Source of the DNA: a candidate division WOR-3 bacterium
GTDB lineage: Bacteria; Hydrothermota; Hydrothermia; JBDRYB01
Assembly (NCBI GenBank): GCA_039803205.1
Contig: JBDRYB010000004.1
Location: forward strand, 32,001-96,000
DNA: 64,000 bases
Reading direction: 5' to 3'
Both the position numbers and the translations under genes were made by a program. Positions within the stretch are counted from its first letter, which is position 1. Every line of letters starts with the position of its first letter. The notes under the pieces are model-generated. The model had not been told where the DNA came from. It saw only the letters and a list, made by a program, of their open reading frames with translations, and did not search any database. Positions 48,616 through 58,626 of the stretch are shown piece after piece.

Positions 48616-48860
48616 TAGACCACAGAGACATAGACCCTGCCCTTTCTGCGCTCAAACCTTACTGTGCCTTCTTTGAGAGCAAAAAGGGTGTCATCTCCGC
48701 CCCTGCGAACATTTGTCCCGGGGTAGATCCTGGTTCCCCTTTGCCGGACGAGAATCTGGCCAGGCCTCGCTATCTGGCCATCGCCCATTTTAACGCCCAA
48801 ACGCTTTCCTGGACTATCCCTTCCATTTCTCGTTGATCCCTGGCCTTTCTTGTGAGCCAT
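48615..48860 (-). CDS. rpmA: 50S ribosomal protein L27
   Basis: [33 protein letters not shown]. Confidence 0.98.
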   Translation of the reverse strand: MAHKKGQGSTRNGRDSPGKRLGVKMGDGQIARPGQILVRQRGTRIYPGTNVRRGGDDTLFALKEGTVRFERRKGRVYVSVV

Positions 48861-48927
48861 GGTAACCTCCTTGCCGGAGATACAAATGATAATCCAGGGC
48901 TACGCCCCGGATCAAGGCCTCGTATAG

Positions 48928-49487
48928 CTGAGATCTCACACTTTCCTCCCCTCTGAAACCCTTATCCTGCAAGACTCTCAAACCCTTGGGGCCGTAGTGG
49001 CCCAGGGAGGCCCTGAGGGATGAAAATATAATCCCGGCCCCAAGAAGGAAGGGCCGGGAAAGGAGAAAAAATATGACCCTTTCTCCACAAGTATCAAGCA
49101 AGCTGAAGCTATGGCTCAAGTCCATGGGGGCCAAAGAGGGTCTCGTCCTGGGCAAGGTGCGCATCTAGGCAATTGAGTATTCCCGCTCAAGCCTCGCATG
49201 GTGGGAGGCAAAATCCGAGGTCAAAAGGGCTTCCTCAGGGGATACATGGATGCGATAAACCTTGTGAGATACCTGCAAAGACATAGACAGCACGGATGAG
49301 GACTCTGAGAACAGGTTTCTGATGATAGCCAAGCCCCTACTCAAGAGGCTACTCATCATAGGGGACAGAAGATACGCTGACGGCAAGAGCTCACCAGGAA
49401 GATACGCTAAGTTCTTGTGCCCCAAGAACTACAGGCTATCCTAATTCAAACCTTGTTTTTGGAAGGTGGGGATATGTGAGATCTCAG
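48928..49487 (+). mobile_element. TIR-bounded, internally deleted IS relic (560 bp; DDE transposase fragments)
   Basis: Perfect 13-bp IR CTGAGATCTCACA (48928-48940) / TGTGAGATCTCAG (49475-49487) with partial further homology; broken frames incl. SENRFL...LLIIGDRRY. Confidence 0.65.
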
Positions 49488-49526
49488 GCAATTTCAAAAA
49501 CAGTCGCCTCCAGGTTGCTGTTGGTT

Positions 49527-51383
49527 TTACTTTACCAGCAACTTGGCTGTGGCCGTTCTCTCCCTGCTCTTGTAGACCGCCATGTAAATCCCAGCAGGGA
49601 CAGATGGCCTGAACTCAAAGACACCCGGCCCCATGTCTCCTTCGTGAATAACGCTGAGGAGTCGGCCAGTGGCATCGTAGAGACTGAGCCTAGCGGTTGT
49701 AGGCCCTGGAAGCTCAAGAACCAGAGCGTCCCCTCTTTGGTTCATCCTGAACACAGAGGGCATGGGCTTTGTCTCCTCAACCTTCTCATACAGGGGGCAA
49801 GAGGTGTATTTTATCCAGACCCCTCCCTGGGTCGCTATCTCCCTGTTGACCTGGTCGGCCCTGAGCACTATCCTGTATTGGAAATACTTCTTGCATGGTG
49901 TCCCCAGGAAAATAGAATCAGCCCCTGTTCCCTCTGGTAGGAATATGGGGCCCACCCAGGGCGCGGCCAGTATCTCTGCCACGGTGTTCCCAGCGCGCCA
50001 GAATAGCGCGACAGCGGTATCGTTTGGAATGCAAGTCCCATATCCCCACCCGAACCAGGATATTGCGCCTCCTGAATCCGCTACAGCGTGCAGTTGCAGA
50101 ATTGAGGATTCAAGCCATCCTGACGGGGCGAAGGCGGATACCATTCTGTTCTCGTATATGGCGTGCTCCCCCTCCCTGGTGGCGAATATGTCAATATCAG
50201 GGGTGCACGAGATCTGGTCAGCATCATCAGGATAAACCCAGTGGGAGTTGAAGAAGCCTGCGATGAAATATTCCGTGAATGTTGGGAAAGGAAGAGTCTG
50301 CCGGAAATAGCCGAGATTCGACCAACCCCCTGATATATCCGTGAGGCCGTCCAGATCCATGTCCCTGGCTATACTGCCGTCAGTGTAGCTGCCAGCGTCG
50401 CCGGTAAGGGGAGTCCAAACATAGTTGAAACCTGTTCCGTCATTCAGAAGTCCCTCAAACCTGTATTGACCCAGGGAGTTCGGATATGTGGCTACTGTGA
50501 TGTCAAGGTCCCCATCCCTGTCAAGGTCATTGAACCACATCCCGTCCACGCAGGAGAAGAAATAGCCTACGGTGTTCAGGCTAAAGCTTCCTGATCCATC
50601 ATTGATAAAAACATTGGCCATGCCGTTTCCACAGCAACCGGTCGCCACGAAATCCGGATCAAGGTCCCCGTCAAGGTCGCCAATTGCTAGCCGCCAGACA
50701 TCTATGCCCGGAAGCCAAACAACCTCCTCGGTGAAGTTGCCTGAGCCGTCGTTCCTGTAGAGCCATATTCCGGGGACATCCCACCAGCTTCGGTTTGAAG
50801 CCAGTATGTCCTTGTCCCCATCCCCATCAAAGTCAGCTGAGAAAGCACGGGACCGAGAGCTGCTTGTCAGGGTTGTCGCGGCCCAGGCACCGCCGTTGTT
50901 TCTGTAGAAGATGAGCCTCCCGTTGGGGTCTCCTGCACCTGCGTCAGCGACCACAACATCCCCATCCCCATCCCCATCAAAGTCATCTGCCCAAACCCCA
51001 GCGTAGCCTTCACTCGTGAGTGTTCCAAGGTTTGCTATGTCATGGGGTATGTATGTCCAGTTGGCAACGAACTCATACCAGCGGACTATCTCTCCGCTGA
51101 GAAGGATCAAATCCTTATCCCCATCCCCGTCTATATCAAACGGTGTGAATCCCTGGTAGTGATGCTTGCCGCCAGCGTCTATGCTGTGGGCTGTCCAACT
51201 GGTGAACATCCAAAGGATGGCAACTAGGGAGAGTATGCCCGGATTTGAATAGTTGACATTCTGAGACTGCCAGAAACGGTTTCCCCAGGCCGCTACAGGC
51301 CCCTGAACCCCTGGCCCCCCAGACCAGTCGTTCTGGAAGGCATATATCTGCGATAGGAGCAAAACCATCAACATAATATTCAC
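49527..51383 (-). CDS. Secreted FG-GAP/VCBS repeat protein with T9SS-like CTD
   Basis: DIDGDGDKD, DFDGDGDGD, DLDRDGDLD repeats; LSLYDATGRLL...AGIYM...KLLVK; SD GGAGGT, GTG start. Confidence 0.87.
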   Translation of the reverse strand: MNIMLMVLLLSQIYAFQNDWSGGPGVQGPVAAWGNRFWQSQNVNYSNPGILSLVAILWMFTSWTAHSIDAGGKHHYQGFTPFDIDGDGDKDLILLSGEIVRWYEFVANWTYIPHDIANLGTLTSEGYAGVWADDFDGDGDGDVVVADAGAGDPNGRLIFYRNNGGAWAATTLTSSSRSRAFSADFDGDGDKDILASNRSWWDVPGIWLYRNDGSGNFTEEVVWLPGIDVWRLAIGDLDGDLDPDFVATGCCGNGMANVFINDGSGSFSLNTVGYFFSCVDGMWFNDLDRDGDLDITVATYPNSLGQYRFEGLLNDGTGFNYVWTPLTGDAGSYTDGSIARDMDLDGLTDISGGWSNLGYFRQTLPFPTFTEYFIAGFFNSHWVYPDDADQISCTPDIDIFATREGEHAIYENRMVSAFAPSGWLESSILQLHAVADSGGAISWFGWGYGTCIPNDTAVALFWRAGNTVAEILAAPWVGPIFLPEGTGADSIFLGTPCKKYFQYRIVLRADQVNREIATQGGVWIKYTSCPLYEKVEETKPMPSVFRMNQRGDALVLELPGPTTARLSLYDATGRLLSVIHEGDMGPGVFEFRPSVPAGIYMAVYKSRERTATAKLLVK

Positions 51384-51480
51384 ACCTCCATCTTAGTTGC
51401 CTAAAGTATACACCTTCCCTCGTGGATTTTCAAGTTTGCGAGGGCGTCATTAACCCGGATTTGGTCTTTGAGTTGAACCT

Positions 51481-53121
51481 CTAATATTTCCTATCCGATT
51501 CCAGGAGGGATCTGAGGAGGTCAGCCCTTATTGGGTTTTGGAGCTTGCGAAGCGCCTTTGCCTCTATCTGGCGGATGCGCTCACGAGTTACCCCGAATAT
51601 GTATCCTACCTCCTCAAGGGTCTTCGGGGGCTCGTTGTTCAGACCGAATCTGAGCTCTATGACCTTCTTCTCCCTCTTAGTCAGCGTTGATAGGACATCA
51701 TCAAGTCGCTCCCTGAGAAGGATGTCCCTCGCGTCCTCGTAGGGGGTAGGCTGTATGGTGTCAACCAGGAGGTCGCCCATATATGTGTCATCGTTCTTGC
51801 CTATGGGCTTGTCTATTGATATGGGATCCCTCGCCGCTTCCATGGCCTGCTTGACCTTCTCAACCCTCACATCAATGTATTCCGCTACCTCCTTAGCCGT
51901 TGGTTCCCTTCCGTATTCCTGCATGAGAAGGCGAGAGGCCTTTGAGATCTTGGTTATGGTCTCTATCATGTGTATCGGTATCCGGATCGTCCTTGACTGG
52001 TCAGCAATTGCCCTTGTTATGGACTGCCTTATCCACCATGTAGCGTATGTTGAGAACTTGTAGCCCTTCCTGTAGTCAAACTTCTCTATTGCCTTCATGA
52101 GGCCGACATTACCTTCCTGGACGAGGTCCATGAAGTCAAGCCCGCGATTCAAAAAGCGCTTTGCTATACCTATAACGAGCCGGACATTTCCACATGTCAT
52201 CCTTTCCTTGGCTTCCATGAAGAGCTCGTATTCAGCGTTAAGCCTTGCCGCGTAGTCAATCCCGTCCTGAACATCCATTCCAAGGGTCTTCGTGACTTCT
52301 CTGAGCCTGTTCCGCAATCTCCTCAATTCCTGCTTTGCCGTGTCTATCCGCTCAGCGGCATCAGGGTCCTTTGAGCCTTCAAGCAGGAGTATTTCGTGCT
52401 CAAGCTTCCTTATCCTGGTGTCAAGCTCCTTCGCCTTGCTCACCAGGCTCATGAAATCGTCAAGCCAGCGGAAAACTACCTTGGTTTTAGGTTTCAGCGC
52501 GTCTATCTTGTTGACTATCTCAAACAGAGCCCTTTTGGCCTTTTGGGCTTCCTCCTGGCTCACCTCCTCAAACCAGGTCTTGCGCACCATCTCAAAACGC
52601 TCTGTCAGATAAGCAAAAGCCTCAGCGACTCGGGCCTTTTCCTCAGCGTTCTTCTGCCTGCTCGTCCAGTATTTGGAGTCAACCTGAACCAGGTCCTCTA
52701 TCTGCATTATGTCCTTCTCAGTGAGCTCTATTGCCTTGAAGAACTTCTTCAGGCCGAACTTGGTTGAAAAGAGTATCCTGATGATGTTGCGCCTAGCATC
52801 ATCCAGCTGCTTTGAGTATATTACCTCTTCCTCCTTCTTGAGGAGTCGCAGGTTTGATATCTGCTTCAGGTATGCTTTTGCCGGATCGCCGCCTGCACCA
52901 GGGAATTCCTCCTCTGGCACGAAGGATCTCTTCTTGGTCTTGGCACCCGCTACCTCAACCTCCACGCCGGCTTCCATCAGAGCGACCACTATCTCATCCA
53001 TGGAATCAGCCGAATAGCCAACCGAGGGCAGGAGCGCGGTTATCTCCTTGTAGGTTATCCTGCCCTTTCTTTTGGCCTTTTTGACCAGCTCCTCTATGCT
53101 TTCGTCTCTCTTCTCTTCCAT
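51481..53121 (-). CDS. rpoD: RNA polymerase primary sigma factor
   Basis: [46 protein letters not shown]. Confidence 0.97.
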   Translation of the reverse strand: MEEKRDESIEELVKKAKRKGRITYKEITALLPSVGYSADSMDEIVVALMEAGVEVEVAGAKTKKRSFVPEEEFPGAGGDPAKAYLKQISNLRLLKKEEEVIYSKQLDDARRNIIRILFSTKFGLKKFFKAIELTEKDIMQIEDLVQVDSKYWTSRQKNAEEKARVAEAFAYLTERFEMVRKTWFEEVSQEEAQKAKRALFEIVNKIDALKPKTKVVFRWLDDFMSLVSKAKELDTRIRKLEHEILLLEGSKDPDAAERIDTAKQELRRLRNRLREVTKTLGMDVQDGIDYAARLNAEYELFMEAKERMTCGNVRLVIGIAKRFLNRGLDFMDLVQEGNVGLMKAIEKFDYRKGYKFSTYATWWIRQSITRAIADQSRTIRIPIHMIETITKISKASRLLMQEYGREPTAKEVAEYIDVRVEKVKQAMEAARDPISIDKPIGKNDDTYMGDLLVDTIQPTPYEDARDILLRERLDDVLSTLTKREKKVIELRFGLNNEPPKTLEEVGYIFGVTRERIRQIEAKALRKLQNPIRADLLRSLLESDRKY

Positions 53122-53134
53122 TTCTCAATCCTTT

Positions 53135-54976
53135 TTATTTTTCATCGTTCCAGACAGGCTCGTTTATCCGCGACAGAAGAAGATCAAGCCTGTCCAGTTC
53201 AGCCTCAACCCCACTTCCATCCTCGCGGTTGCTAACCTTTTCCCATATCTCCCACAACCTTTCCAGTAAGATCTTTCGCCTTTCCGGATAACGAACCTTT
53301 CTTTCCCTTATCTTCTCAAGGGTGTTCTTTATGCGGCCCATCAGTCGCTGGGCGCTTAGGGCCGCGTTTGCGGCCTCCGGATCGCTCTCGGTCTTTGCGA
53401 TCCGGGCCTTTTGCCTTCTTATTGCATCAAAGACCATTATAGCAAAGGACATCTTGAGGTCCTCATCCGCTATCTCCTGTGCTGTAAGAACGGCTGAGAC
53501 CATCTCCCCAAGCCCCTCCTCCCGAACGATCTCGGCTACGGGTTTACCTTCCCGCCACAGCTCCAAAAGCCTCCTGGCCGCCGGGTTATTCAGGTCCTCT
53601 GGCTCCAAGAGGGAAAGAACAGAGGAAAAGAATTTCTCCTTTGACCGGGCGATCGCGTGCGCAATAAAGAACACCTCTCTACCCGAGCATTTCTCTTCAT
53701 CTGCGGATTTTTTCACTGGGCCTTGGTTTGAGAGCCTTTGATTCACCCCAGAGACCCAGTCCTGGCCGTATCCGAGAATTTCCCTGGCGGCTGAAAGATA
53801 CGCCTCGCGCTCCTCGGGCAAGAGGGGCCTGAGAATCTCCATGATCTCCCTTTCAAATCCCTTCTTGCCCTCAAGGGAGCTATCGTAAAAACTACTGAAG
53901 AGAAACTCAATCCAATCGGGCGCGCTCTCAAGGGAGACGCGAAGCGCATCAGCGTTTTCTCCTGCAACCAGGCTTGCTGGGTCCTCCCCCTCCGGAAGCC
54001 TCGCAACCTTCACGAGGAGCCCATTCTGGACCAGATATGGGATTGCTCTTCTTGCGGCTAGCCTGCCCGCATTATCGCCATCAAAGGCTATTATCACCTT
54101 ATCCGAATACTTCCTGAGCAACCTGGCCTGGGAAGGGGTCAGAGCGGTTCCCAAAGGCGCGACCGCGTTTTTGAGGCCAGCTTGATGCGAGAGAACCACA
54201 TCAAGGTTCCCCTCAACGAGGACGGCAGAACCAGTCTTGCGCATCTCTTGGCGAGACCTCCACAACCCGTATAAGAGCTCCCCCTTCTTGAAATACTGGG
54301 TCTCAGGGGTGTTCAGATACTTTGGCTCATCACCGCCGAGCGCCCTTCCAGAGAATCCAAGGATGTTTTTGCCTGACGGAGAGTAAACCGGAAAGACAAT
54401 CCTATTTCTGAAAAAGTCAAACCAAGCGCCGGAGGGCCCCCTGTGAACCAGGCCCCCAGCGGCAAGCTCATCCACCCCGAAGCCCTGATCGTGCGCGGCG
54501 CGCAGGAGAGCGTTTTCGCTTGGTGCATAACCGATGGCGAAATCATTGATGCTTTCCGCGGTTATTCCGCGGGACTTGAGGTATTCAAGAGCGATCCTGC
54601 CATCAGGCGAGAAGAGCCTCTCGTGGTAGAACCTGAGCGCGAAATCCAGGGCCTCGGCTGGTCTAGGCTTTTCCCGAGAGGTTGGGGTTTCTGGCTTTGG
54701 AACCCCGAACCGTTCCGCGAGGTAATCAAGAGCCTCCGGAAAAGAGAGCCCTTCGCTCTCCATAACGAATTTTATGGCGTCTCCGGATGCTCCACAGCCA
54801 AAGCAGTAATAAAGCCCAAGGTCAGGCTCCACATAGAAACTGGGGGTCTTTTCTCTGTGGAATGGGCAAAGGGCCTTGAGGCGCCTGCCAGACCTGGTTA
54901 ATCTTATCCCCCTCTCAGCCATGAGCTGGGTTATATCCGTGGCCTCGCGAACTTTCTCTACGAAATCCCTATCCAT
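53135..54976 (-). CDS. dnaG: DNA primase
   Basis: CPFHREKTPSF, CFGC, KYLNTPET, VEG..DV, FDGDNAG. Confidence 0.97.
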   Translation of the reverse strand: MDRDFVEKVREATDITQLMAERGIRLTRSGRRLKALCPFHREKTPSFYVEPDLGLYYCFGCGASGDAIKFVMESEGLSFPEALDYLAERFGVPKPETPTSREKPRPAEALDFALRFYHERLFSPDGRIALEYLKSRGITAESINDFAIGYAPSENALLRAAHDQGFGVDELAAGGLVHRGPSGAWFDFFRNRIVFPVYSPSGKNILGFSGRALGGDEPKYLNTPETQYFKKGELLYGLWRSRQEMRKTGSAVLVEGNLDVVLSHQAGLKNAVAPLGTALTPSQARLLRKYSDKVIIAFDGDNAGRLAARRAIPYLVQNGLLVKVARLPEGEDPASLVAGENADALRVSLESAPDWIEFLFSSFYDSSLEGKKGFEREIMEILRPLLPEEREAYLSAAREILGYGQDWVSGVNQRLSNQGPVKKSADEEKCSGREVFFIAHAIARSKEKFFSSVLSLLEPEDLNNPAARRLLELWREGKPVAEIVREEGLGEMVSAVLTAQEIADEDLKMSFAIMVFDAIRRQKARIAKTESDPEAANAALSAQRLMGRIKNTLEKIRERKVRYPERRKILLERLWEIWEKVSNREDGSGVEAELDRLDLLLSRINEPVWNDEK

Positions 54977-54978
54977 GG

Positions 54979-56934
54979 CTATACCTCATACAAAGCCGAG
55001 CTCTCAACCTCCACCCTTGCGTTACCAACCAGAAGGAGGGCCTTTGAGCCGCGGATCTCTATTAGCTCCCCAACAAAGCCCATTGGGGATACCCTGTATT
55101 CCTTTCCGGGCTCAGGGTTTTCTGCCCTGACCGAGAACGCTTTGTCCAAAGAGGCCTCAGCCTTCTTGAGCTCCGAGCGCGCCTCCCGGGCCAAAGCGAT
55201 CCTGCGCTCCGCCCTCGTTTCCTCCCTGAGCTTTCTGGCCAGCTCTTCAATCTCTCTCCTCGCTTCGGAGATTATCCTCTTCGCTTCCGCTCTCGCGGCG
55301 TTTATTATGCGCTCGCGCTCAGCCTCAGCCTCGGCTATGAGGGATCTCTGTTTGGCCAGAGAGGCCTTGAGCTCGGATTCCAACCGGGCTAAGCGCCTGG
55401 ATGTTCTCGCCATCTCCTCGTCGTATCCCTGCATAGCGGCCTCAGCTGAGAGAATCACATCCTCAGGGAAGCCTGCCCTTCTCGCTGAGGCTATAGCGTA
55501 GCTCTCGGCTATTGCTCCCAGCTTAAAAGAGTATGTGGGATTGCCATCTGGCCCCAACTGCGCGGCCGCTGTGAGAAATCCCTCCTGGCCCTTGGCCAGG
55601 TTCTTCAACACTGTGAGGTGGGTTGTGGAGAAGGTCGTGGCACCCGCATCAGAAAGCCTCTTCAGTATTGCGAAAGCAAGGGCTCCGCCCTCAGTCGGGT
55701 CTGTTGATGAGAGAACCTCATCAAAGAAGGCCACGGTCCCAGGCCCCGCGCTCTCAAGAACCTCTCTCACCTCCTCAAGTAGGCCAGTAAAGGATGAAAG
55801 CCCTCGTTCAACGCTTTGCTCCTCCTCAAAACCTATCGCGAACAACCTCTCCGGAAGCCATATCCTTATCTCTTCTCCCGGGAACGGCAAGCCGCACGCG
55901 CCCGCGAGAAAAGCCAGGGCTATTGTCTTCATCGCGATTGTCTTTCCGCCAGCATTTGGCCCCGTGAATATGAGAGCGCTTACATATGGGCCTATCCTGA
56001 GATCAAGCGGAACCGTGTGAGAACTTCCCTTGACCGAAAGGAGTATTGGGTGCTTGGCTCCCCTGAGGACGAGCCCCCTATCCTTGATTATCGTTGGAAT
56101 GCAAGCACCAAAAGCCTCGGCGTAGCGGGCCTTTGCCCAGATCAGGTCCGCTTTGCCAAGAGCATCATAAAGGTCTCTGAGAAAGCCTGAGTTAGCCCTG
56201 GCCCTCTCGGTCAGATCCGAGATTATCCGAGAGACCTCCTCTCTCTCCTCCTCCTCAAGGCGAATGAGCCGGTTCTGCTCATCCACGCATTCCAAAGGCT
56301 CAACATACTGGGTCTCGGTTGTCCGCGAGTATCCGTGAATTATGCCATCCGTCTTAGCCGAGGAGGAGAACGCGAGAACGAACCTCCCGCCGCGAACCGT
56401 CACCACCTCGTCACGGAGCGAGTCCCTATATCTCTCTGCGACGCGCTCCATGAGAGAGATAACCCTTTGACGCTGTCTGCGTTTTGCTTCTCTGAGCCTT
56501 TTCAGGGTCGGGGTGGCGCTATCAACCACCTGGCCATCGGGATCAAAGCTCCCCTGAATGTCCTTGGCCAGGGGGATCAGGTAATACGGATCCGGAACAA
56601 CACCCAGGCTCTCTAGAGCGTCGTATATCCTCGCTCCTGCTGTGATGAGCCAGGAGAGCTCAAGGAGCTCCTTGCCCGTGAGCACCGAACCTATCCTGAG
56701 TTTTTCAAGTGCCTTCTCCGCATCCGGAACATCGTGGAACGGAGGGGAAACCCCCTCTCTGAGGAGTTCAAGGGCTTTCTTCGTCAGATCGTGCTCCCTC
56801 GCGGCTTCATCGGGCTTCATGGGCTTGACGCGAGCTATAGCGGCCCTGCCTGGCGGGGATGACAGAAATCCCCCGATAATTTCGAGCCACAGCCCGAACT
56901 CCAATCGGTGGAGGGTTCTCTCCTCGGCGTTCAT
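54979..56934 (-). CDS. mutS2: MutS2-family ATPase lacking the C-terminal Smr domain
   Basis: YVEP, HPIL, TGPNAGGKT, LSSF, FDE...TDPTEG, STTH; ends at the KOW-like domain. Confidence 0.9.
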   Translation of the reverse strand: MNAEERTLHRLEFGLWLEIIGGFLSSPPGRAAIARVKPMKPDEAAREHDLTKKALELLREGVSPPFHDVPDAEKALEKLRIGSVLTGKELLELSWLITAGARIYDALESLGVVPDPYYLIPLAKDIQGSFDPDGQVVDSATPTLKRLREAKRRQRQRVISLMERVAERYRDSLRDEVVTVRGGRFVLAFSSSAKTDGIIHGYSRTTETQYVEPLECVDEQNRLIRLEEEEREEVSRIISDLTERARANSGFLRDLYDALGKADLIWAKARYAEAFGACIPTIIKDRGLVLRGAKHPILLSVKGSSHTVPLDLRIGPYVSALIFTGPNAGGKTIAMKTIALAFLAGACGLPFPGEEIRIWLPERLFAIGFEEEQSVERGLSSFTGLLEEVREVLESAGPGTVAFFDEVLSSTDPTEGGALAFAILKRLSDAGATTFSTTHLTVLKNLAKGQEGFLTAAAQLGPDGNPTYSFKLGAIAESYAIASARRAGFPEDVILSAEAAMQGYDEEMARTSRRLARLESELKASLAKQRSLIAEAEAERERIINAARAEAKRIISEARREIEELARKLREETRAERRIALAREARSELKKAEASLDKAFSVRAENPEPGKEYRVSPMGFVGELIEIRGSKALLLVGNARVEVESSALYEV

Positions 56935-56936
56935 CC

Positions 56937-57128
56937 CTAGAGCTCTCTGGCTCTTCTGGCCGTCCTTCTTCTAGAAGCGATTGCCTTCTTTTTTCTCCGC
57001 TCGGAAGGCTTCTCGTAATATTGGAACTTCTTGACATCCTGAAGCACTCCATCCCTTGAAACGATCTTGCGGAAGCGCTTCACGAGAGAATCAAAGGACT
57101 CGCCATCTTTGAGTATAACTCCTGACAT
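56937..57128 (-). CDS. rpsU: 30S ribosomal protein S21
   Basis: GESFDSLVKRF, YYEKPSERRKKK; SD AAGGAGG. Confidence 0.97.
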   Translation of the reverse strand: MSGVILKDGESFDSLVKRFRKIVSRDGVLQDVKKFQYYEKPSERRKKKAIASRRRTARRAREL

Positions 57129-57157
57129 GCCTCTATCACCTCCTTTCTCTCATGTCC

Positions 57158-57481
57158 TCATCCTGGCGGCCAAGCCATCTGCCTGCCGCCGAGTATGTGA
57201 AAATGCAGGTGGGGAACAGCTTGTCCCGCCTGCGGCCCTTTGTTCAGAACTATCCTGTAGTCGGTGAGGCCAAGTTTCTCTGCGGCCTCTGATATTGCTT
57301 CAAGTATGTCTCCGGCTAGGTCAACGATCTCCTCAATCCTCTCCGCGTGGCGTTTCGGGATCGCGAGGAGATGAACCGGAGCCTGCGGGTTTATGTCCCG
57401 AAAAACGAGGACATTCTCGGTCTCGTGTATGACATCCGAAGGTATTTCGCGGTTGATTATCCTGCAGAAAACGCAATTCAT
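57158..57481 (-). CDS. Histidine triad (HIT) nucleotide-binding protein
   Basis: [22 protein letters not shown]. Confidence 0.96.
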   Translation of the reverse strand: MNCVFCRIINREIPSDVIHETENVLVFRDINPQAPVHLLAIPKRHAERIEEIVDLAGDILEAISEAAEKLGLTDYRIVLNKGPQAGQAVPHLHFHILGGRQMAWPPG

Positions 57482-58623
57482 GCCGCTCTCCTCGCTTCCT
57501 CTTTTATCCTCTCAAAGAATCCGTTTCGTTTTTCCTCTTCAAGGAGCCTCTTGTAGAGCTCTTTTTCGGATTTGCCCAGCTTCTCCGGCGTCCTGGCTAT
57601 GACCCTCACGAAGAGGTCGCCCCTCCCGCCTTTGAGGCCGGGCATTCCCGCGCCCTTTATCCTGAAAGCGGTGTGGGTCTGGGTTCCCGGCGGAATCCTG
57701 ATCTCGTGCTCCTGGCCGCCGAGACCGCCAACCATCACCTTATCACCGAGGGCCAACTGCGCGGGTGAAACGGGAATGTCTCTATATAGGTCATCCCCTT
57801 CTCTCCTGAATACCGGATGCGGTTTCTCATCAACCAAGACATGGAGGTCTCCCCTTTGGCCGCCCCTGGCACCAGCAGAGCCTTGACCCCTGATGAGAAG
57901 CACTTCTCCCTTTCTTATGCCGGCTGGAAACCTGATCTCTATTTCAACCTCCTTCTTTATCCTTCCGCGCCCCCCGCATTCATGGCACAGGGACTCCAGG
58001 ACCTCGCCGGCGCCTCCGCACTCCTGGCAGGTTATGGTTTGGTAGATCGGGCCGAGAAATGTGCGGTGGGCCCTCTGGATGACGCCGCGGCCGCCACACG
58101 CGGGGCAGGCCTTGGTTTTTCCCGTTGTCGAACCCGTTCCCCTGCAGTATCCACAGGGTTCAAATCTTAGAAGCCTTATGCGCTTTGTCGTTTCTCTGGC
58201 CATCTCTTCCAAGCTCAGGGGAACGGTTATCCTTAGATCCTCGCCCGGCCTCGCCTTCAAGCCGCGCTTTGGTCTGGATTGGGTCTGAAACCCGAATAAG
58301 CTTCCCAGAAGGTCACCGAAGAAGTCCCCAAATATGTCCCTGAGGTCATCGTAATGCGAGAAATCCTGCCAGGTGAAGTTCGGTCCTCCCGAGGAGAAGG
58401 AGACATCGCCGTATGTATCGTAGGCTCTGCGCTTCTCGGGATCCATGAGGACCTCGTATGCCTCTGATATCTCCTTGAACCGTTCCTCAGCCTCGGACTT
58501 CTTCTCAGGCGGGACCCTATCCGGGTGATACTTCAGGGCCAGGCGCCTGTATGCTTTCTTTATCTCATCAGGGCTGGCAGACCTTTCAACCCCTAGGATC
58601 TTGTAATAATCCTTGGCGGCCAT
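57478..58623 (-). CDS. dnaJ: Chaperone DnaJ
   Basis: J domain HPD; four CxxCxGxG repeats. Confidence 0.97.
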   Translation of the reverse strand: MAAKDYYKILGVERSASPDEIKKAYRRLALKYHPDRVPPEKKSEAEERFKEISEAYEVLMDPEKRRAYDTYGDVSFSSGGPNFTWQDFSHYDDLRDIFGDFFGDLLGSLFGFQTQSRPKRGLKARPGEDLRITVPLSLEEMARETTKRIRLLRFEPCGYCRGTGSTTGKTKACPACGGRGVIQRAHRTFLGPIYQTITCQECGGAGEVLESLCHECGGRGRIKKEVEIEIRFPAGIRKGEVLLIRGQGSAGARGGQRGDLHVLVDEKPHPVFRREGDDLYRDIPVSPAQLALGDKVMVGGLGGQEHEIRIPPGTQTHTAFRIKGAGMPGLKGGRGDLFVRVIARTPEKLGKSEKELYKRLLEEEKRNGFFERIKEEARRAA

Positions 58624-58626
58624 TAC

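Noticed and set aside
48814..49164. ORF upstream of rpmA as the Prp ribosomal protease
   Set aside because: No Prp GHA/VCA motifs; L27 lacks the N-terminal extension; the ORF is antisense to the IS relic.
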